Assembly: GCF_964204645.1 (NCBI RefSeq)
Contig: NC_134034.1
Location: forward strand, 7,414,914-7,478,913
Direction: 5' to 3'
Length of the DNA: 64,000 bases
Origin: Tubulanus polymorphus
Taxonomy: Eukaryota > Animalia > Nemertea
The notes beneath the pieces are model-generated. The model was not told where the DNA came from. It worked only from the letters and a program-made list of their open reading frames with translations, and made no database searches. The position numbers were made by a program, and so were the translations under genes. This document shows positions 1 through 11,648 of this stretch, in pieces. Numbering within the stretch: position 1 is the first letter of the stretch; every line of letters starts with the position of its first letter.

Positions 1-316
1 TTGGGTTTTAGTTCAACATTTTAGTTGAGTAGTTTATGCATGTATAGTTTTGACTGGAAGACAACACCGTTGGGCGAATATCTCAAATATATAGAAGGAA
101 AAATATCGAATTGTGTTCGGCCCAGACTGCAGATCGATTCCTATGTACTGTCAAGGCTTCTAATGCAATATCTCGAGGCCCCCACATCGCTGCTGCAGAC
201 CAGATCTTTGATGCAGAGCCCAACATACGAATGACCTTTTCAGCCCTACACATACATATATCTGGCATTCTATCATATCATTTAATGATAATTACTGAAG
301 TACTCGACAACCACTT

Positions 317-1845
317 TTTGGGGAAAAGCATATTGAAATATTATATTTTGATTCTGTAACAGCTGACACCCCAATATTATTAAAATGTAATAATAAAATA
401 TTGGTAAGAAGAATTTCAGAAATAATTCCAAAACAAAATGAATGTTATATTTCATATAGTGAAAAAGAATTAATACAAATAAATGGATTAATGGATGTTT
501 GGACAAGAAATGGATGGAAAAAATTAAAGAATATTATTAGGCATAAAACAAATAAGAAAATCTATAGAGTTAGAACTAAATTAGGATTTGTAGATGTTAC
601 TGAAGATCATAGTTTAGTTAAACGAAATGGCGATGAAATAAAACCAACTGATATAAAAATTGGAGATGAATTATTACATAAACGATTTTTCCAAAGAATG
701 AATCATATGTCATTTGATGAAATAATTGATAATATTTATAATATAGAACCCGAAACATTAGAAGAAAAAGAATATTTTATCAAAGGATTTCTCATGGGTG
801 ATGGTTCAGCAGGTGTGTATAATAATGTTTGGGGTAATTAATATTGTTGGTATTTATGCAATCAAGACTTAAAATTATTAGAAAGAATTATAAAATTCTG
901 TGAAGAAGTTTATTCACATAAAACATTTAGAATCATGGATGTTATGAAATCAACAGCAGTTTATAGAATACTTGTAAATAATCCTAAAGATTTTGCTATA
1001 AAATATAATGATGAATTCTATATTCATGCAATAGTGAAAAGTAATACTTCAACAAAAGAAAAGATAGTTCCAGATTATGTATTAAATGCAAAAAATAATT
1101 TAAGAAAGTGGTTCTTCATTGGATTCTATGCCGCAAAACAATATCCTTTGCTCAAAAAGGAAAAGTTGCTATATCAGGATTGAATATATTATGCAGTTCA
1201 TTAGGATTTAATATGAATATAGAATTAATTAAATCTAAACCAAAATGTTTTAATTTAAGGCATGTAGAAAAAGAATTAACAGAAGAAGTTAAAGATTTAT
1301 TTGAAATATATAACCCAACTGACTATGTTTATGATTTATCAACAGATGATGGAACATTCAATTCTGGGTTCCCATTAATCCAAAAAAATACCGACAGTTA
1401 CATACTAAAAATCAAGACAAATGATATAACAAAAGACTTAAAAACATTAAAACATTATTTTGATTTTAGCAATTATCCCAAAGATCATGAACTATTTAGC
1501 AATGATAATAAAAAGATTCCTGGTAAATTTAAAGATGAATTAGGGGGTGATGAAATGATTGAATTTGTTGGGATAAGAAGTAAAATGTATAGTTACAGAA
1601 CAAAAGATCATGAAGCTAAAAAGTTAAAAGGAATAACAAAACATGTGGTTGATAAACATATAGAATTTCAAGATTATATAAAGTGTTTATATAAATCAAT
1701 TGTAATGAAACACAAAATGAATTGTTTAAGATCGGAAGATCACGAGATGTACATTAATGAAGTTGAAAAAACTAGTTTAAATCCATTTGATGATAAAAGG
1801 CATATTTTAGATGATGGTATAAAAACATTACCTTATGGTCATTAA
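317..1845 (+). pseudogene. Protein-primed family B DNA polymerase, C-terminal part with intein
   Basis: EILYFD-[intein]-TDSYIL, then PGKFKDE, EFVGIRSKMYS, KKLKGI, FDDKR, TLPYGH*. Stop at 839-841 and frameshifting deletion near 1135. Confidence 0.92.
353..1389 (+). mobile_element. Intein with LAGLIDADG homing endonuclease in pPolB motif C (degenerate)
   Basis: Block A SVTADTPILL directly after YFD; block B VDVTEDHSL; endonuclease motifs FIKGFLMGDGS and FFIGFYAA(DG deleted); block F YVYDLST; ends IQKN followed by T of TDS. Confidence 0.92.
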
Positions 1846-3158
1846 AACATAAAATCAATATCATCATAATCGAAATCACTATTGGCTTCTTCATTTTCAT
1901 TTAATTGTTTAGGTTCTTCTTCCATTTCATTTTTCTCATTTAAATAAAGTTCTATCTTGTTCCACATTTCATCTCGCTCTCTTTGTTTCGTTTTGTTTGT
2001 TAATTCATCAAATGGAATTATAATATCTATGTTTAAATAATTTACAATCTTATTTAAAAAGAATTCATAATTTATTGAATCTGTTATTCTATTTTCCAAA
2101 TGATACATTAATATTTGTTTGAATATTTTTTTTATATTTTTCATATCTTCTTCTGTTAATTTAGGTTTTTCATAATAATCGTTAAATAATAAATATAAAT
2201 ACATTTTCTTTTGTTTTGTGTTAAATGTTGACGGAATAATTGTTTTTATAATATCTTTTTTAGTTATTTCACCATTTTTATTTTCTATTATTTTCATTTT
2301 TTCAAGCCATTGCATATATTCTGGTGTATGATCTTCTATAGAAAATATTTTAAAAATTTCACCAAAATAATTTAATTTTGGATCTATGAGAAAATTTCTA
2401 GTTTTTTCTTCACCCAATAAATTCTTTTGCCATCCACAATCATTACAAAATAACACAGTACCTTCTTGTCTTAAGGTCACATAATTACATTGTGGGCATT
2501 TTCGTTTATAATTTATTGGTAATAGATCTTCATTAAGCTCTTGGTATTTTCTTACGTTTTCTTTATGTTTTATTGTTCTATTATGTAGATTTGAATTACT
2601 TGTTGTAATAATCAATTTACAATATTTACAATAATATGTTTTCCTTGTTAATTCATTATATTGTTTTTCTAACTTTTCAACTGTTTCTTTATTATCTGGT
2701 AACGTTTTCTCATATTTTATTTTTTCTAATAAATTATTTTTTCTTTCATTAAATTCAGTTTCAAATTTATTAGAAATTTTATCTATATGTACTTTACGAA
2801 ATTGATGATTCTCCCAATCTTCTATATTTTCAGGGCTATATTTTATTCGACAAGGCTCACAGAAATGATCTTTTATATTATCCTTATCATAGAATAAGAA
2901 AGGTCTTTTCCAAATAACTTCAGGTTCAACTTCGGCAGAATTACTATTACTTTCATTACTATCAACATTAGCCGTTGCGCCATTAATTCTACGCTTCTCT
3001 GAATGTTTTTTAACATAATTTCTTGAGAATAATTTATTACATTTTGGGCAGTTAATTTTAGGGGGTTTATAATTTTCATCATGTTTTTTCATATGTCGAG
3101 CCATATTTCTTTTTCTTAGAAGTTCACCACAAATTTCGCATGCTATCTTCTCATCCAT
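1842..3158 (-). CDS. Multi-zinc-finger protein with C-terminal VLTF3-like (poxvirus A2-type late transcription factor) domain
   Basis: Intact 438 aa. N-terminal C2H2/matrin-like fingers, zinc ribbon CPQC-x12-CNDCG, and C-terminal SINYEFFLNKIVNYL...KQRERDEMWNKIELYL, which resembles the VLTF3 C-terminal consensus. Confidence 0.6.
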   Translation of the reverse strand: MDEKIACEICGELLRKRNMARHMKKHDENYKPPKINCPKCNKLFSRNYVKKHSEKRRINGATANVDSNESNSNSAEVEPEVIWKRPFLFYDKDNIKDHFCEPCRIKYSPENIEDWENHQFRKVHIDKISNKFETEFNERKNNLLEKIKYEKTLPDNKETVEKLEKQYNELTRKTYYCKYCKLIITTSNSNLHNRTIKHKENVRKYQELNEDLLPINYKRKCPQCNYVTLRQEGTVLFCNDCGWQKNLLGEEKTRNFLIDPKLNYFGEIFKIFSIEDHTPEYMQWLEKMKIIENKNGEITKKDIIKTIIPSTFNTKQKKMYLYLLFNDYYEKPKLTEEDMKNIKKIFKQILMYHLENRITDSINYEFFLNKIVNYLNIDIIIPFDELTNKTKQRERDEMWNKIELYLNEKNEMEEEPKQLNENEEANSDFDYDDIDFMF

Positions 3159-3225
3159 TTATTAAGGAAAAATTTTATTAAAATTAATTTTTAGTGATTA
3201 GCGGTAATTTTTTATGTTATAAATA

Positions 3226-3984
3226 ATGGTAGAATTAAAAGAATACAGAATATTTGTTGATTCTAGAAAACTTACAAATTATAAATCACATAATTTACTA
3301 GTACAATTAGATAGAGAATTTAAGAATAGTGTACATTTAAAATTAGTTAATATAAGTTTATGTAACTCATTTTACAATATATCGGATAAAAGTCTAGAAC
3401 ATTTAATTTTTTCAATCTTTTACAAAAAAAGGAATAAATGGTTTTTTTAATATTTAAAACCAGGATTATATAATTTAGATACATTAGCACAAGAAATTAA
3501 TAGAAAAGCTCGAGCTAAATTAGGAAGTGATTCCGGATTTAGTATTAGAATTTTAAAAAGTGATAGTTCTAATAAAATAAAAATTAGGTTAGCTAATGAC
3601 GAACAATTTAAATTTACAGTAAGAAAACCTTTAGGTAAACTGTTAGGAATTAACCCAGATATTGTTACAGCATACGCAAAAGGTAGATCAAACTTAATAC
3701 CTTTTACATATTTTTATATTTATTGCAATTTGATTGACCCAACAAAAACATTTGAAGCAACTAAAGATACAATTTGTAATTCTGGTTTATTCAATATTTT
3801 ACCATTAAAAAATGTCAAACAATTTGAAACTCAAATAAATTATAATTTAACTGAATGTGATTTCAAACCTTGTATTCCACATTTCAATAATTTTAAATTA
3901 GAAATAAGAAATCATAATGGATATTTAATTGATTTGAATAACTTCCCTGTAATTTATGAATTAGTTATAATATGTAAAGAGTAA
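3226..3984 (+). pseudogene. Minor capsid (penton-like single jelly roll) protein
   Basis: IFVDSR...LxNISLCNSFYNI...LKPGLYN...YIYCNLI...LEIRNHNGYLIDLNN, the pattern of Polinton/PLV minor capsids. One in-frame stop at 3448-3450. Confidence 0.75.
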
Positions 3985-4000
3985 TTTTTTCATTATATAA

Positions 4001-4357
4001 ATGAATAAAACTGTTGGACCGAGTATATGTTTTGGGTTTGATTTTAAGCGTGAGAAAGAAATGAAATTTAACATTAATGATGTAATTACACATATCAAAA
4101 ATATTGCATTTTCTAATGAAACAACATTTGAGTATGAAACAACAATAGATAAAGAAACTTTAAATGTAGAAAAGATTAATAATTTAATTAGAGAATCTTT
4201 AAGATTTTATGAATTAGATGAAGATTTTATCATCGATGATATTAAAAAAATAATAATTGAAATATATACAAATGAAACTAGTAATGAAATAAATGTTGAA
4301 TTAATCATAAATAAGATAACTAAATATTTTGATGATAGTAATTTTTTTGATAAATAA
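4001..4357 (+). CDS. Family A hypothetical protein
   Basis: Intact ORF with TAAATG start; near-identical to 53770-54126. Confidence 0.7.
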   Translation: MNKTVGPSICFGFDFKREKEMKFNINDVITHIKNIAFSNETTFEYETTIDKETLNVEKINNLIRESLRFYELDEDFIIDDIKKIIIEIYTNETSNEINVELIINKITKYFDDSNFFDK

Positions 4358-4579
4358 ATGAGTGATAATAAGTGGATAATAACTGGATTATATAATGGCG
4401 CATTACTATCAGTTGGAACTGTTGGTTATTCAATGGTATTAAAAAAAGTATTTAAAATGGGAAGTGTTAATGTTGATAGATTTGATATAAATGATATTTT
4501 AAAATTAACATTAGCAGTTACTTTATCTAATTTAACAATTGATTATTTGGAAAAACAAAAATATATTCCTCCCATATAA
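4358..4579 (+). CDS. Small hydrophobic protein
   Basis: 73 aa, conserved in four copies; TAAATG start. Confidence 0.7.
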   Translation: MSDNKWIITGLYNGALLSVGTVGYSMVLKKVFKMGSVNVDRFDINDILKLTLAVTLSNLTIDYLEKQKYIPPI

Positions 4580-4603
4580 ATGCATAATTTTTTTGCTAAA
4601 TAA

Positions 4604-5024
4604 ATGGCTTCTGCAATTATAACTATTATAGGATCGGCAATTGTTAACGCTTTGGCATTTACTGGTGGTGGTTATTTATTTAAACATATTGATAAAAATA
4701 GTTCATTAGGAGAACAAAGAAGACAACTTAGCGTTTGAGAAATATAATTAAGCTGCAGAAGAATATAGAGAAAAAAGACAAAACTATATGGATTACATCA
4801 ATAAAGAATTATATGATCAGAAGATTTCACATAGAGATTTTCAATCAGTTGATGATGCAATGAGTTTATATAACGCAGTAACAAATAAAGAAAAATTACA
4901 CCTATACAAACCTAAATTATCAGATTATTATACCCCAAGTAATGAACAGAAGAAATATGAAATAATATGGATTTTAGGTGGAACTGTTATTGTTATATTT
5001 GTAGCATATAAGTTTACTAATTAG
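4604..5024 (+). pseudogene. Small protein with N- and C-terminal TM helices (MASA...NALAFTGGGYLF)
   Basis: Frameshifted homolog of intact 34492-34914, 53101-53523 and 61054-61476. Confidence 0.75.
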
Positions 5025-5043
5025 TAATTTTTTTTCTAAATAA

Positions 5044-5477
5044 ATGGAAGATAAAGTTGATAATATTGATATTATTCCTCATGATATAAATAAAAATAAA
5101 TTAAAAATATATTTAGAAAAAAAATATTAGAATTTGAAAGTGACTTAAAAGTTAAAAAGAAAAAATATCTAAAAAGTAAAATTATATATTATCTTATTAT
5201 CAGTGGTTCGGTTACAATTAGTTCTGTAATAACATTTCTAGCAATATTCAGTCCATTAACACTTTTAGCTATATCAATTGGTGTGTTAGGATTAAGTTCA
5301 AGTGTTTTAACCGGTATAAGTTCAAAATTAAACATAAAAAGTAATAAAGAAAAAATTAAAACTAATATAAAAGAAATTAATAAACTAAAGAACACACTAG
5401 ATTATATAATAAGTTTAAATGGTCATATAACAGTTGAAGAACAAGATAAATTATTAAAAGAATTAATAAATTATTAA
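5044..5477 (+). pseudogene. Two-TM-helix protein
   Basis: TAAATG start, frameshift near 5120, hydrophobic hairpin; homologs in the other copies. Confidence 0.7.
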
Positions 5478-5493
5478 TTTTTTAATTATATAA

Positions 5494-6879
5494 ATGGTAG
5501 ATAGTTTTCCAAAAGCTTTCCAATATAATAAATCAATTAAATATAATATTCCAGCAATAGATTTTAATAAAGATATTTCATATAGAAATGAAGTTTTAGA
5601 TTCATTAACTAATTTAGAAATTTATGTTACTGAAACTAATTTTAATGCAAAGATGGAAAATATATTTCATGTATATTTAATTAATTTTAAAAAATTGAAA
5701 GATGAAAAACAATGGTTATTAAAATCTAATATGAAGTATTGGCAGAACCAATTATATTTTGCTGTTTATTGTGCAACAACAGGATGCGGAATTAGTTGGA
5801 ATGATCATTTGAATAATTCTAAATATAAATTAATTCAAAGTTTATTTAGATTTCATACATACTTTCAAATAAGAATAATATTAAATGAATTAGAGTGCGC
5901 TTTACCAGGATCTAGGTATTTTAAAGAATTAGATAATAATATTAATTTATCAAAGTTTTATAAAATTTGTAATGAATTTAATATAGATATAAATAATTCT
6001 GATTTTAGAACAAAAATTGGAACAATAAGATCACTTCCTTGCCCTAAAAAGATTGCAGAATATTGTGCACTTCCCATACCATCCAATAGTTTGTATAATA
6101 TCTATAGTCATAAATTAGGTTATGGTAAAATAGAAACTAAGGATTTAGAAACATTAAATTTTAATAAATTACCGACATTTTATGATAATTTAAAACAAGA
6201 AAATAATGATGGTTGGGTTAATTTTATTTTAGAAAATAGTGAAGGTTTTACAAAATCAGGTATACAAAGAATAAATCAATCTATTAGAACTTATTTGATA
6301 TGTATTTTAGGTGCACAAGTTGAAACAAGATCCCCAATAATTGGAAATTTAAATACATCATTTGATACACAAAAACAATTCAAAGTATTATTTGAAGATT
6401 CCATACATAATGATAAAAATAGATCGATTGCAGAAAACATTGTAAGATATCAAAATTATTTAGATAAATCACATATTAGATTAAATTATTGTATAGGCCC
6501 TAATCTATTAATTATTTCTAATGATTGAGTATTAAAGATGGGAAACATAATTGGTTATGATAATCTAATTAAAACTGCAACAATAAATAATTCATTTGGA
6601 TTGAATGATATAAATAAAAAGATAATTACTGCTCCAAAATTAATGGAAGGTGAAAAAAATAAAAAACATATTCAATCAACAGAAACTAAAACTAAGAATA
6701 TTAAATTGGATAATGACTCCAAAATAAAAGATTACAATACATCAGAAAATATAAGAACTGATAATATTCAACATGATATAATTAAAACAGATAATGATAA
6801 TAAATCCCATGAAAATACTAAATTAGCTATAACTTGTATAGGAATTGTAATCGGAGGAATATTATATTTTAAATTTTAA
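5494..6879 (+). pseudogene. ~460-aa family A protein with C-terminal TM anchor
   Basis: ORFs 5494-6528 and 6538-6879 are in one frame, split by TGA where other copies have TTA. Confidence 0.75.
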
Positions 6880-6895
6880 TTTTTTTATTATATAA

Positions 6896-8352
6896 ATGGA
6901 TGTAGAAGGTGGAGAAGATATTGGAATAGATAATTTTGATGAACCTGGTATAACTGATGAACAACCACCTGATTTTGATGAAACAAGTTTCAGTAACGAA
7001 AATGAAACAGCATATAATTCTAATTTAGCAAGACCTGATACTAATGAATATTTATAGGAGCTAAATCGAGAATACCTACTGAAAATGAAAATCCAGATTT
7101 AATGAAAAAAGAACTAGAATATGACAAATTAAATGATAAATTCAAACCAATATTAGAAAAATCTGGATTCAATATAACAAATAAAGGTGTGAATTATTTA
7201 GTAAAAGATTTGAAATATTTAAATGATGATTATTATTGGCATTTGAAAAATGACTATTATTTTAAGATTTCTTCTAATAAAAGTCTTGATAAAATAATAA
7301 CAAAATCAACTTTTATTAAATTAGAACAATCTAAAATTAAGAAAATCAATAATGATGTTATAACTGATGTTACAGAAGAAGAGATAAATCAAAATAGAAG
7401 AGAATTTAATCGAAGAAATAATGATTTTTTGAAGATAATTAATGAAAATTTAGAACCAGAAACAATTCCTAAAGAAGATAAAACTTCCAAAACTAGTAGA
7501 CCTAATTCAAGAGAAGTTCAAACTGAAAAACTTTTACCGAAGGGATTACTTGATGCAACAGATCAAGAATTAGAAGATTTAGATATATTTTCTGATAAAG
7601 CAATTAGAGAAATTATTAGTATAAGACATGCATCTGATAAAATTGCGCATGATAAAAGTATAAGAGATTTTAAAATTAGAACTTTAGAAAAAGAATTAAC
7701 TGATAAAAATAAAGAAATAGAAAAAATAAAGTCTGATTTAGATCATCAAGTAATTGATGAAATAGAATATAGGCAAAAAGAATTACGTTTAGAAAAACAA
7801 AAAGATGATTTAGAATATAACATAGAATTACAAAAAGAAGAAATTGAATTATTATTAAAATCATATGATTATAATATTAATAGATTAAAAGATGTTTTTA
7901 AAAGATATCTAATAAAACCAGATTCTAAAATATCATTGAAAGATAGAATAAAATTATTATTTAAGTTTGAAGGAATAACAATTCTTTCAATTCTAACAGC
8001 TGTAACTATGTTATTTACAACAATTGGCTTAGCTATATCAAATGCTTTAAAATCTACTGCTACTCCCAATAAACCGGATAAACCCCCAGATAATAATTCT
8101 ATACAAGATAAAGTTAAAGATGGTTTAAAGAAATTAGCAAAATATTTATGGGAACTATCTAAAAAATCTGCAGCAGCTTTACCAGGAATTATTGCATCAA
8201 TTGTTGGTTTTATATTGAAATCTGCAGGAAACATTATTAACTTTGCTGCTGAACATATTATTTTATTTTTAATTACAGTTGTAAGTGCTATTATTTTTGG
8301 GTTAGTAAATATGATATCAAAAAGATATCAAGAAAAAAATAATAAAAAATAA
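6896..8352 (+). pseudogene. Acidic N-terminus / coiled-coil / C-terminal TM protein
   Basis: MDVEGGED start (TAAATG), frameshift near 7055, coiled coil, hydrophobic C-terminus conserved across copies. Confidence 0.7.
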
Positions 8353-8376
8353 ATAATTAATTTTTTTGTTTAATAA

Positions 8377-9619
8377 ATGAGTGGGAGTTATATAAGTCCT
8401 TCTAAGATTTCTAGAATATCTAATGCTATTAAAGCAGAAAGATCACATCAGATAATTACTAATAACCCTTCAAATATTAATCCTGGTGAAACTTTATATG
8501 TTAGAATTCATCGATTAACACAAAATACTTTTTATGTTCCAAATAGTATTTATTTATCAGCCGATAGTAACTTGCCATGATAACAATTATGTTGTTGATA
8601 ATGTTGGAAGATATTTGATTAAAAGATTAACTATAAAGATTGTTCCGGAAACAGTTTTCTCATTAGATGATTATAATTTATTTATGCATTATAAAGATTT
8701 ATGGTTAACTAAAGAAAATAGAAATAATATGATATTTCAGGGTATTCAATTGGAAAACCATAATAAATTAAGATCAGGAGCTAATGACGCAATAGTAACT
8801 AATGCTACAGATAATTTGATAAAAAAGATTTATGGAAGCAAATATAAAATTCCATTAGACTTTGAATTGATGAATAATAATGCGCCTTTATACAAATACG
8901 CAATTCAAGAAGATATTATATTCGAGATAACATTTGCTCCTGTAAATGAAATTGTATTATCTAGCATTGTTAAAGATATGGGTTATGAATTATCGAATAT
9001 ATGTTTGGAATTTGATACAGTAACTAATGAAAATATTGCTAGCACAATTCAAACTCAATACAATCAAGGATTTTCATTATTATGTGATTATATTGATAAA
9101 TTTAAAACTGTAACTATTAATGCAAATGATGAAATAATTAATGAGAATATTAACTTCCCAAGAAGATCTATTAAAGGTATATTAATATTTTTTACCATTG
9201 CAACATATTCTAATGGTGCAATAAATGTTGATGATTATTATAATCCTGAAATAACAAAAGTACAAATAACTATCGAAGGTATAGCAAATAAAATATTTTG
9301 CCAAGGAATGAGAATGATAGATCAGTGGCCAGAAATTAGAAAACATTTTATGAATGAAAAAGTAAAATCATTTGAAAATTGTAATATTAATCAAATTGAT
9401 TATTATACCAGCAATAAATATGCATTATGGTTAGATTTTAGAACAACAGAGGATAATTCATTACATGGTTCTGGGGAAAAACTACAGAACACTAAAGATG
9501 GAATACAATTATTCATGACAAAGAATAAAGGAATCAAAAATTTTAAAATGCACATTTATATTATATCTGACGCACAATTAGATATTGTAAATTCACAATT
9601 AGATAGTATTCAATATTAG
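8377..9619 (+). pseudogene. Major capsid protein (double jelly roll), frameshifted
   Basis: Homolog of intact 38416-39663; frameshift near 8570; size and position next to integrase and ATPase. Confidence 0.75.
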
Positions 9620-9649
9620 AAATATAAAGTTAAAATTAAGGATATAGAA

Positions 9650-10777
9650 ATGGGTGGTAAAAAAACTCCTAATACTAAAGAACAATATTTAAGAAATTTA
9701 TATTACAACCCTGAGAGTTCGGTTGCTTATTCTTCTACTAAAAAAATATGGCGTAAAGTAAAACAAGATAAATTATATAAGATAATCCCACAAAATTTAG
9801 TTAAATATAAAGATATAAATGAATTTATGTTAGAACAACCAACATATACAACACTTAAAAAAATTGTTAGAAAATATAAAACTCGTAAAACTATGGTAAG
9901 TTATGTAGATCAACAGTGGCAAGGAGATTTAATTGATTTGAAAAATGTTAAGAAAGATAATGATGATTATTGGTGGTTATTGAATATAATTGATATTTTT
10001 AGTCGTTATGTATGGAGCTTCCGACTTTATAGAAAAGATGCTGTACAAACATCAAATGTTTTAAGAAAATTTCTTTCGGATGATAAACTAAAACCAGAAA
10101 AAATACAATTTGATGATGGAAAAGAGTTTGATAATTCACTTGTTCATGAACTCTTAGATAATCATAATATTAATTATTTTTCAACAAAATCAGATAAAAA
10201 AGCAGCAGTTGTTGAACGATTTAATAGAACATTAAGAACGAGAATGTGGAAATATTTTACAGCAAATAATACTTTTAAATGGATTGATGTTTTACCAAAA
10301 TTGATAGAAGGATATAATAATTCTTATCATTCTTCTATTGGAATGAAACCTATTGATGCTAGAAAACCTGAAAATGCTGGAATTGTTTGGAATAATTTAT
10401 ATGGAGCATTTCTTGTAGATGATTTTGGTGAACCTAAATTTAAAGTTGGTCAAAATGTTAGAATTTCTAAGTATAAAAAGATATTTGACAAAGGATACGA
10501 TCGAAATTTTACTAGGGAAATATATAAAATAAAAAAGGTAATAACAACAAAACCATATGTCTATAAATTAGAAGATTTAGATGGTGAAGAAGTTGATGGC
10601 TACTTTTACGAAGAAGAATTAAGTTTAACTACTGAAAATCTAGAACAAGAATATAAAATTGAAAAAGTATTAAAAACAAAAACTATTAAAAGAAAAAAAC
10701 ATTCTTTAGTAAAATGGGTTGGATGGCCAGATAAATTCAATGAATGGATATTATCAAGTAAAATTAAAAATATATAA
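9650..10777 (+). CDS. Retroviral-like (rve) integrase with C-terminal chromodomain
   Basis: Intact 375 aa. WQGDLID, IIDIFSRY, QFDDGKEF, VERFNRTL (DDE); chromodomain YKIEKVL...VKWVGWPDKFNEWI. Confidence 0.95.
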   Translation: MGGKKTPNTKEQYLRNLYYNPESSVAYSSTKKIWRKVKQDKLYKIIPQNLVKYKDINEFMLEQPTYTTLKKIVRKYKTRKTMVSYVDQQWQGDLIDLKNVKKDNDDYWWLLNIIDIFSRYVWSFRLYRKDAVQTSNVLRKFLSDDKLKPEKIQFDDGKEFDNSLVHELLDNHNINYFSTKSDKKAAVVERFNRTLRTRMWKYFTANNTFKWIDVLPKLIEGYNNSYHSSIGMKPIDARKPENAGIVWNNLYGAFLVDDFGEPKFKVGQNVRISKYKKIFDKGYDRNFTREIYKIKKVITTKPYVYKLEDLDGEEVDGYFYEEELSLTTENLEQEYKIEKVLKTKTIKRKKHSLVKWVGWPDKFNEWILSSKIKNI

Positions 10778-11648
10778 ATGAATAAAGAATTATTTAAATT
10801 TGAGCCTCATAATATGTTAATATCTGGCGTAACAAATTGTGGAAAAACTTATTTTATATTAAATTTATTAGAAACTGTTTATGAAAACTATTTTGATAAT
10901 ATAGTATTATTTTGCCCAACGTATGAATTTAATCAAACTTATGATAGAAATATTACTAGAAATAATAAATTTATTATATTAGATCCTAAAACAGTAAAAG
11001 AAAATTTAGATAATTGTATTAAAATAGCAATTGATATTTATAAAGGATCAAATACATTATTCATTATAGATGATTGTGCTAATCTACATGATTCAAAAGT
11101 TAGAGAAAGTGAGTTATGCTATTTAGCTTTGGTAGACATTTTGGAATAACAACATGGGTTTTAAATCAAAAATATAATTCAATTGTTAAAGACTTTAGGG
11201 AGAATATAAGATTTCTAGTTTTAATAATAAATTTATTATATTAGATCCTAAAACAGTAAATGAAAATTTAGATAATTGTATTAAAATAGCAATTGATATT
11301 TATAAAGGATCAAATACATTATTCATTATAGATGATTGTGCTAATCTACATGATTCAAAAGTTAGAGAAAGTGAGTTATGCTATTTAGCTTTTTCTGGTA
11401 GACATTTTGGAATAACAACATGGGTTTTAAATCAAAAATATAATTCAATTGTTAAAGACTTTAGGGAGAATATAAGATTTTTAGTTTTATTTTATTATAA
11501 AGATAGAAAATCGATGAAAAATGCGCTTGAGGAAAATGATATTATTCCACATGATTTACATAATGAATATATGGATAAGTTGAAAAATATTAAAAGATCA
11601 AAATTACTATTTAGATTACAACACCCATTTAAATATGAATTTATTTAA
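10778..11648 (+). pseudogene. A32/FtsK-like packaging ATPase with internal tandem duplication
   Basis: Walker A GVTNCGKT, Walker B FIIDD, SGRHFGI. About 260 bp (~10961-11222) is duplicated. Confidence 0.9.

Noticed and set aside
1-316. Short ORFs at the window start
   Set aside because: No recognisable motifs; left unassigned.
7869-8234. Recurrent antisense ORF (also 37942-38379 and 49375-49821)
   Set aside because: Shadow of the conserved hydrophobic C-terminus on the other strand; no TAAATG start.
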